From the NCBI GenBank assembly GCA_964016885.1, contig OZ024761.1, positions 12,214,001 through 12,278,000 of the forward strand: DNA of 64,000 bases, in the 5' to 3' direction. Below, in pieces: positions 55,494-64,000 of this stretch; within the stretch, counting starts at the first letter, position 1, and every line of letters begins with the position of its first letter. The translations under genes were made by a program, and so were the position numbers. The stretch comes from Eledone cirrhosa. Lineage: Eukaryota. Below the pieces are notes generated by a model. It was not told the DNA's origin and made no database searches. It was given only the letters and a program-made list of their open reading frames with translations.

Positions 55494-58400
55494 ATTCCTG
55501 GACTGGGGTAGGGTATTCTGTTCCTGGACTGGGGTAGGGTATTCTGTTCTTAGACTGGGGTAGGGTATTCTGTTCCTGGACTGGGGTAGGGTATTCTGTT
55601 CTTAGACTGGGGTAGGGTATTCTGTTCCTGGACTGGGGTAGGGTATTCTGTTCCTGGCCTTGGGTAAGGTATTCTGTTCCTGGACTGGGGTAGGGTATTC
55701 TGTTCCTGGCCTTGGGTAGGGTATTCTGTTCCTGGACTGGGGTAGGGTATTCTGTTCCTGGACTGGGGTAGGGTATTCTGTTCCTGGCCTGGGGTAGGGT
55801 ATTCTGTTCCTGGACTGGGGTAGGGTATTCTGTTCCTGGACTGGGGTAGGGTATTCTGTTCCTGGACTGGGGTAAGGTATTCTGTTCCTGGACTGGGGTA
55901 GGGTATTCTGTTCCTGGACTGGGGTAGGGTATTCTGTTCCTGGACTGGGGTAGGGTATTCTGTTCCTGGACTGGGGTAGGGTATTCTGTTCCTGGACTGG
56001 GGTAAGGTATTCTGTTCCTGGACTGGGGTAGGGTATTCTGTTCCTGGACTGGGGTAGGGTATTCTGTTCCTGGCCTGGGGTAAGGTATTCTGTTCCTGGC
56101 CTGGGGTAGGGTATTCTGTTCCTGGACTGGGGTAAGGTATTCTGTTCCTGGACTGGGGTAGGGTATTCTGTTCCTGGACTGGGGTAGGGTATTCTGTTCC
56201 TGGACTGGGGTAAGGTATTCTGTTCCTGGACTGGGGTAGGGTATTCTGTTCCTGGCCTGGGGTAGGGTATTCTGTTCCTGGTCTTGGGTAGGGTATTCTG
56301 TCCCTGGACTGGGGTAGGATATTCTGTTCCTGGACTGGGGTAGGGTATTCTGTTCCTGGACTGGGGTAAGGTATTCTGTTCTTGGACTGGGGTGGGGTAT
56401 TCTGTTCCTGGACTGGGGTGGGGTATTCTGTTCCTGGCCTGGGGTAGGGTATTCTGTTCCTGGCCTTGGGTAGGGTATTCTGTTCCTGGCCTGGGGTAGG
56501 GTATTCTGTTCCTGGACTGGGGTAGGGTATTCTGTCCCTGGACTGGGGTAGGGTATTCTGTTCCTGGACTGGAGTAGGGTATTCTGTTCCTGGACTTGGG
56601 TAGGGTATTCTGTTCCTGGACTTGGGTAGGGTATACTGTTCCTGGACTGGAGTAGGGTATTCTGTTCCTGGACTTGGGTAGGGTATTCTGTTCCTGGCCT
56701 GGGGTAGGGTATACTGTTCCTGGACTGGGATGGGGTATTCTGTTCCTGGACTGGGGTAGGGTATTCTGTCCCTGGACTGGGGTAGGGTATTCTGTTCCTG
56801 GACTGGGGTAGGGTATTCTGTCCCTGGACTGGGGTAGGGTATTCTGTTCCTGGACTGGAGTAGGGTATTCTGTTCCTGGACTTGGGTAGGGTATTCTGTT
56901 CCTGGCCTGGGGTAGGGTATACTGTTCCTGGACTGGGGTGGGGTATTCTGTTCTTGTACTGGCGTAAGGTATTCTGTTCCTGGACTGGGGTAGGGTATTC
57001 TGTTCCTGGACTGGGGTAGGGTATACTGTTCCTGGACTGGGGTAGAGTATACTGTTCCTGGACTGGGATGGGGTATTCTGTTCCTGGACTGGGGTAGGGT
57101 ATACTGTTCCTGGACTGGGGTGGGGTATTCTGTTCTTGTACTGGCGTAAGGTATTCTGTTCCTGGACTGGGGTAGGGTATTCTGTTCCTGGACTGGGGTA
57201 GGGTATACTGTTCCTGGACTGGGATGGGGTATTCTGTTCCTGGACTGGGGTAGGGTATACTGTTCCTGGACTGGGGTGGGGTATTCTGTTCTTGTACTGG
57301 CGTAAGGTATTCTGTTCCTGGACTGGGGTAGGGTATTCTGTTCCTGGACTGGGGTAGGGTATACTGTTCCTGGACTGGGATGGGGTATTCTGTTCCTGGA
57401 CTGGGGTAGGGTATACTGTTCCTGGACTGGGGTGGGGTATTCTGTTCCTGGACTGGGGTAGGGTATACTGTTCCTGGACTGGGGTGGGGTATTCTGTTCC
57501 TGGCCTGGGGTAGGGTATTCTGTTCCTGGACTTGGGTGGGGTATTCTGTTCCTGGACAGGGGTAGGGTATTCTGTTCTTGGACTGGGGTGGGGTATTCTG
57601 TTCCTGGACTGGGGTGGGGTATTCTGTTCCTGGCCTGGGGTAGGGTATTCTGTTCCTGGCCTTGGGTAGGGTATTCTGTTCCTGGCCTGGGGTAGGGTAT
57701 TCTGTTCCTGGACTGGGGTAGGGTATTCTGTCCCTGGACTGGGGTGGGGTATTCTGTTCCTGGACTGGAGTAGGGTATTCTGTTCCTGGACTTGGGTAGG
57801 GTATACTGTTCCTGGACTGGGGTGGGGTATTCTGTTCCTGGCCTGGGGTAGGGTATACTGTTCCTGGACTGGGGTGGGGTATTCTGTTCCTGGACTGGGG
57901 TAGGGTATACTGTTCCTGGACTGGGGTGGGGTATTCTGTTCTTGTACTGGGGTAGGGTATTCTGTTCCTGGACTGGGGTAGGGTATACTGTTCCTGGACT
58001 GGGGTAGGGTATTCTGTTCCTGGCCTGGGGTAGGGTATACTGTTCCTGGACTGGGGTGGGGGTATACTGTTCCTGGACTGGGGTAGGGTATACTGTTCCT
58101 GGCCTGGGGTAGGGTATACTGTTCCTGGACTGGGGTGGGGTATTCTGTTCTTGTACTGGGGTAGGGTATACTGTTCCTGGACTGGGGTAGGGTATTCTGT
58201 TCCTGGCCTGGGGTAGGGTATACTGTTCCTGGCCTGGGGTAGGGTATACTGTTCCTGGACTGGGGTGGGGTATTCTGTTCTTGTACTGGGGTAGGGTATA
58301 CTGTTCCTGGACTGGGGTGGGGTATTCTGTTCCTGGCCTGGGGTAGGGTATTCTGTTCCTGGACTGGGGTGGGGGTATTCTGTTCCTGGGGTGGGGTATT
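55494..58400 (+). repeat. 26-bp G-rich minisatellite, about 110 copies, directly after a SINE head (55436-55500)
   Basis: Unit TTCCTGGACTGGGGTAGGGTATTCTG. Confidence 0.96.
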
Positions 58401-58819
58401 TGGTTCACAATTATGAAATCAGGTTTGGTTCCTGGACAGGGACAGCGGAATTATCATTAAAACACCCTGGAAGCCTCCTATATGATGCAACCACTTGGGA
58501 GGCCCAGTAAACCTTACGTAGTGTGGGAGCTGTATCAACAACATGATAGGACTGGAGTCCCTATCATTAAAACACCCTGGAAATCTACATGTTGAAACTG
58601 TGTAAGAGGCTGGCTAAACCTTACTTAGTGTACGAGCTGTAACAACATAATACGACTTGTGATCCCTATCGTTAAAAGCCCCAAGAAACCGATGTGATGT
58701 ATGAGACCGTCTAAACTTTACACAGGTGTGGGCTGTAATTTTATTTTTTTCAATCTAATGAAAGCATGTGGCCTGATGCTTAGTGTGTTAGACTTACAAT
58801 CATAAGGCTGTGTGTGCAA

Positions 58820-59028
58820 TTCCTGTACTGGGTATCGGGTGGTGTTCTGGGTGGATTCCTGTACTGGGTATCGGGTGGTGTTCTGGGTGGATTCCTGTAC
58901 TGGGTATCGGGTGGTGTTCTGGGTGGATTCCTGTACTGGGTATCGGGTGGTGTTCTGGGTGGATTCCTGTACTGGGTATCGGGTGGTGTTCTGGGTGGAT
59001 TCCTGTACTGGGTATTGGGTGGTGTTCT
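58820..59028 (+). repeat. 36-bp minisatellite, about 5.8 copies, directly after a SINE head (58759-58825)
   Basis: Unit TTCCTGTACTGGGTATCGGGTGGTGTTCTGGGTGGA. Confidence 0.93.
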
Positions 59029-59079
59029 TGAAATTGAACCCCTGACACCTTGATGAAACTTACTTTGTTACAGTAATGA

Positions 59080-60445
59080 CTCCCCCAGCTATTAGTTGCC
59101 CTGATGTCTCTATACGAATGCTTGAGTATTTGTGTTCGGATAAGTGATGTTAAATTGAAGCCATTCAATGTGGGAGTCAGACTCCACCAAGGGTACGTAC
59201 TGTCGCCTCTCCTCTTCATTATTTTCATGGACAGGATTGACATGCACCGCCAGGCTGGAAGCGGTATCATGACTGGCAGGTGTCGGATCATTCGACTGGA
59301 ATGTGCAGACGACATGGTGTTATTTAACTCAACAGCAGGTGATCTCCGACTCGCACTTGATAGGTTTGATACCGAGTGCTGCATGGCTGGAATGAAAATC
59401 AATGCAGCCAAAACTGAGACACTCGTCCTCTCAAGGAAGTCTGTGCAGTGCACTCTACATATGAATGGAGTTGCACTGAAGCAGGTAGAGAAGTTCAAGT
59501 ATCTTGAGTTCATGTTTGTGAGTGATGGAGGGCAGGAGGCTGAATTAAGTGCAAGAACTGAAAAATCTGGTGCAATAATGAGCCAGCTTCAGCATTGAGT
59601 AATGAAAAGAAGGGAGGTGGGCAAAACAGCCAAACTAACTATCTTCGATTCGGGATTTGTGCCAACCCTTACCTATGGTTGGTAAGCTTGGGTAATTACC
59701 GAAAGAATACACTCACGAATACAAGCAGCCGAAATGGGGTTCCTCCGAAGGGTCTTTGGAGTAACATACAAAGCAAAACCTACAGTCAGTAGGCACCTCT
59801 TAACCAAAATACACCCCGTCCCACTAACCCTACCCCCACCGCCATCTACACCACCCCTTTCAATGTAAAGTAATGTTGGTACCACAACATCCAGTCCTAA
59901 ATAAATGAGGTCATGTAGGTGTCACAACAAAAAAAAAAACACACAGTCCACGCTGTAATGTGGCCGTGTAGGTAACATGGTAAAAACCTCCCAGTCCACA
60001 CTGTAAATGTGGTTGGTGTTAGGAAGGGCATCCAGCCGTAGAAAACCCGCCAGACAGTCCTATACGAGCAAGACAACCAATCTTGCCTCAAGTGGGACAA
60101 TTCCCGTCCAGACCCATGCTAGCGTGGAAGATGGACGTTAAACGATGATGATGATGATGATGATTACTCGATAGAGTGTATAGCTCAGAGAGTTGCTCCA
60201 GATAGAGCTGCTACTTCTCCAAATTTACGGGTATGTGGCTAAAATGTCTCAGGAAAGAATCGGTGGACAGATTTTACGGGCAAAAACCAACCGGCAGGAG
60301 ACCCAGGGGTAGACCCCGAGCAAGATGGTTGGATAACATCCATGGGCTTGGCTGGTCTTGCTTGGGGATATAACCGGAAATGGTTACATCTGACGGGACC
60401 CGTTGGAAAGAGTGTTTGAATATCCCCCCCCGTGACCCTTTCAGG
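59080..60445 (+). pseudogene. Degenerate RTE RT and 3' end, interrupted by a family-2 retroposon (~59935-60165)
   Basis: [31 protein letters not shown] and QVEKFKYLE, followed by frameshifted downstream motifs. Confidence 0.78.
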
Positions 60446-60508
60446 AATAAATAGGTGATTCTGCCAAAGCAACAATCACCTTCCAAATTAAATATTACTT
60501 CCTATTCT

Positions 60509-61168
60509 ACCACCACCACCACCACCACCACCACCACTGCCACCGCCACCACCACCACCACCACCCTCCCCACCACCACTGCCACCACCACCACCACCAC
60601 CCTCCCCACCACCACTGCCACCACCCTCCCTGCCACCACCACCACCACCACCACCACCACCACCACCACCACCACCACCACTGCCACCACCACCACCACT
60701 ACCACCACCACCACTGCCACCACCACCACCACCCTCCCCACCACCACTGCCACCACCCTCCCTGCCACCACCACCACCACCAACACCAACACCACCACCA
60801 CCACCACCACCACCAACACCATCACCACAACCACCACCACCACTACCACCACCACCACTGCCACCACCACCACCACCACCCTCCCCACCACCACTGCCAC
60901 CACCCTCCCTGCCACCACCACCACCACCACCACCACCACCACCACCACCACTGCCACCACCACCACCACTACCACCACCACCACTGCCACCACCACCACC
61001 ACCCTCCCCACCACCACTGCCACCACCCTCCCTGCCACCACCACCACCACCAACACCAACACCACCACCACCACCACCACCACCAACACCATCACCACAA
61101 CCACCACCACCACTACCACCACCACCACCACCACCACCACCACTGCCACCACCACCACCACCACCACC
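60509..61168 (+). repeat. (CAC)n-type tract with internal block duplication
   Basis: Directly visible. Confidence 0.93.
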
Positions 61169-61501
61169 CTCTTCCTCTTCATTTTTATATTTCTATAATT
61201 TTTGTCTTTCTTTTATTGTTGTTTTGTTTGTTGATTTTTTGGGGGGGTGCAAAATGGGAGTTTTTTTTTTTTCTTCATCAATATTCGTGAAGTGTACTTA
61301 ATGACCTACTGTGTTGTTTTGTTTTGCTTTTTGTTGTTGATATTCTGGCTTGTTGGCAGAACTTCATTGTGGCTGCTCAAGGTGACCCCATAAAATAATT
61401 CTAGGCTTTGTTAGGGGAAGAAACCCTATCAAACTTCCTCTCTCTCTCTCTATATATATATATATATGTGTATATATATATATATATAGTATAACAATAT
61501 G

Positions 61502-61534
<33 letters not shown>

Positions 61535-61535
61535 G

Positions 61536-61569
<34 letters not shown>

Positions 61570-61573
61570 TATG

Positions 61574-61630
<57 letters not shown>

Positions 61631-61647
61631 ATATATATATATATGTG

Positions 61648-61680
<33 letters not shown>

Positions 61681-61922
61681 GTGTATATATATGTGTATAT
61701 ATATGTATATATATATTTATATATGTATATATATATATATGTGTATATATATGTGTATATATAGGTGTATATATATGTATATATATATTTATATATATAT
61801 ATATGTATATATATATTTATATATATATATATGTATATATATATTTATTTATATATATGTATATATATATAAATAAATATATATATATTATGTATATATA
61901 TATATAAATAAATATATATATG

Positions 61923-61953
<31 letters not shown>

Positions 61954-62426
61954 TTATGTATATATATATATATGTATATATATATAAATAAATATATATA
62001 TATAAATAAATATATATACATAAATATATATATATATATATAGATAGATATATACATACATATATTTATACATATATATATAACAACAGCCACAGCACAA
62101 AACCCTTTGAGTATTTCATAAAACAACGCCCAAAACAACTTTCCATACTAAATACTGATAGACTCTTCTTTCTTTCCTTCCTTCCTTCCTTCCTTTCATT
62201 CCTTCCTTCCTTCCTTTCTTTCTTCCCTTCCTGCCAGTATCTAGAATATATGGGATTCAACTACACTTTCTGTTGAAATGTCTGTCATCTCCAGCCGACC
62301 ACTGATGAAGGGAATGTCCCCCCATTTGTGCTTTCCTTTTATTTTTCAATACACTTTATCAAGTAACCACACAACTCCTTCTATCTTCCACATTTGGTGT
62401 GGTCGTGGATGTTTTCAAGAAACATC

Positions 62427-63095
62427 TCGACACCCTGCTGCTGGATCCTGTACGATCCTGGATCCTGTAGGATCCTGGATGAGCCTACAGCATGGTACGA
62501 AGGTACCCGAAGGGCAGTAGCACTCGACACCCTGCTGCTGGATCCTGTAGGACCCTGGATGAGCCTACAGCACAGTACAGAGGTACCCGAAGGGCAGTAG
62601 CAATGCACCAATGGCCAGCCAACACAGGCTGGACATAGAATGTGTAGCAACAAGGGCAGTGCCCCAGCATGGCCTCAGTCGGATGGCTGGATGAGCCTAC
62701 AGCACGGTACGAAGGTACCCGAAGGGCAGTAGCACTCGACACTCTGCTGCTGGATCCTGTAGAATCCTGGATGAGCCTACAGCACGGTACAGAGGTACCC
62801 GAAGGGCAGTAGCACTCGACACCCTGCTGCTGGATCCTGTAGGACCCTGGATGAGCCTACAGCACGGTACAGAGGTACCCGAAGGGCAGTAGCACTCGAC
62901 ACCCTACTGCTGAATCCTGTACGATCCTGGATGAGCCTACAGCACGGTACGAAGGTACCTGAAGGGCAGTAGCAATGAATTCCATCTTGCACCAATGGCC
63001 AGCCAACACAGGCTGGACATAGAATGTGTAGCAACAAGGGCAGTGCCCCAGCATGGCCTCAGTCGGATGGCTGGAACAAGTAAAAGAATAAAAGA
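62427..63095 (+). repeat. 80-bp GC-rich tandem units interleaved with two copies of a retroposon-like 3' segment
   Basis: Unit CTCGACACCCTGCTGCTGGATCCTGTAGGACCCTGGATGAGCCTACAGCACGGTACAGAGGTACCCGAAGGGCAGTAGCA (62735 to 62815 is 80 bp). The region ends ...catggcctcagtcggatggctggaacaagtaaaagaataaaaga. Confidence 0.85.
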
Positions 63096-63107
63096 GTATA
63101 TATCTCT

Positions 63108-63305
63108 ATCTAGGGGCGGGCAAAATTCCCGAGATCCATGGACGAGTTCTCTCCAGCGTTCTCTGTCCCTCATTATCGCTGCCATGTCCTGCATCTCCAA
63201 CAGACCAGTGTCTGTCCTTAGGGCATCAACATATATCAACCTCGGTCTTTCTCTTCCAGTGTGTCCATGTAGGGGCTCCCACAGGAGCACTGAGTGCAAT
63301 GTCAA
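63108..63305 (-). mobile_element. RTE-clade LINE 3' end fragment
   Basis: LTLHSVLLWEPLHG...[18 protein letters not shown], the same family as 48354-48612. Confidence 0.8.
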
Positions 63306-63321
63306 GTATATATATATACAT

Positions 63322-63670
63322 ATGGAGGCACATGGCTCAGTGGTTAGAGCATTGGCCTTACAATCGAAAGGTTGTGAGTTCAATTCTCAGACCGGGTGAT
63401 GTGTTGTTTCCTTGAGCAAGACACTTTATTTCACATTGCTCCAGTTTACTCAGCTGTAGAAATGAGATGATAGGACTGGGGTCCCTATCATTCCACTGCA
63501 AAGTGGTCGTGGAGGTGCCACGGCAAAAAAGCACCCAGCACTCACTGTAAATGAGGTTGGTGTTAGGAAGGGCATCCAGCTGTAGAAATCAAGCCAGAAT
63601 CAGTTCCCATCCCACCCTTGCAAGCAGGGAAAAGCGGACGTAAAATTAAATGAATGAATGATGATGAAAT
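63322..63670 (+). mobile_element. tRNA-headed SINE (family 3) joined to a family-2 body and RTE-like (ATG)n tail
   Basis: A-box TGGCTCAGTGG, B-box GAGTTCAATTC, then AGGAAGGGCATCCAGC and CCCACCCTTGCAAGCAGGGAAAAGCGGACGTAAAAT, which matches the 3' end of the RTE at 40994. Confidence 0.8.
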
Positions 63671-64000
63671 GACATATATATATATATGTGTGTATATATA
63701 TATATATACATATATATATATTCTCAGTGCTTCAAAGGCTGAAAATTCGGCTTCATACATTGTTTATATATGTATATATGTTAAGTTTTTCCGTAGAAAA
63801 GGTAAAGGAAAGAAGTGTGCTCTATATATAGTACAGAGCTATTTAATTACATAATAAACAACACAATATAATTATTCCATTACCAAAGGTTTCGGGAAAT
63901 TAGACAATTCTTACAGAAATGTCCAGTTCGTTCATAAGATGAAATAGTTAAGTTTTGAAATTGATATCTATTAAAAATGAAAGTGAGGCTGAGTTAAAAT

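Noticed and set aside
55550-58408. 952-aa Pro-rich ORF
   Set aside because: Translation of the 26-bp minisatellite; the unit is not a multiple of 3 and cycles through all frames.
63322-63400. tRNA gene
   Set aside because: It has A and B boxes but no closed acceptor stem, and continues into a SINE body.

Overview
Repeat-dominated eukaryotic DNA with no recognisable host gene. The (TA)n/(CA)n microsatellites, tRNA-derived SINEs and RTE LINEs suggest a cephalopod (Octopus-like) genome, which is an inference. Main contents: (1) a young 12.3-kb Penelope-like element (PLE) locus at 4443-16725, with about 1.9 tandem units plus an inverted copy, one intact RT + GIY-YIG ORF, and a minimal hammerhead ribozyme (HHR) in each pseudo-LTR; (2) about ten short non-coding fold-back inserts in (TA)n tracts, from several unrelated families, most carrying complete or partial type-I HHRs and an unpaired tail like the big element; (3) three RTE LINEs with a PHD-like Cys-rich insert, plus other RTE fragments; (4) satellites with visible origins: a 79-bp, 7.6-kb array amplified from the C-terminal zinc-finger codons of an RTE-BovB-like remnant, and 26-bp and 36-bp arrays starting at SINE B-boxes; (5) long simple-sequence tracts. 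All calls were made by eye; folding and family assignments were not computed.
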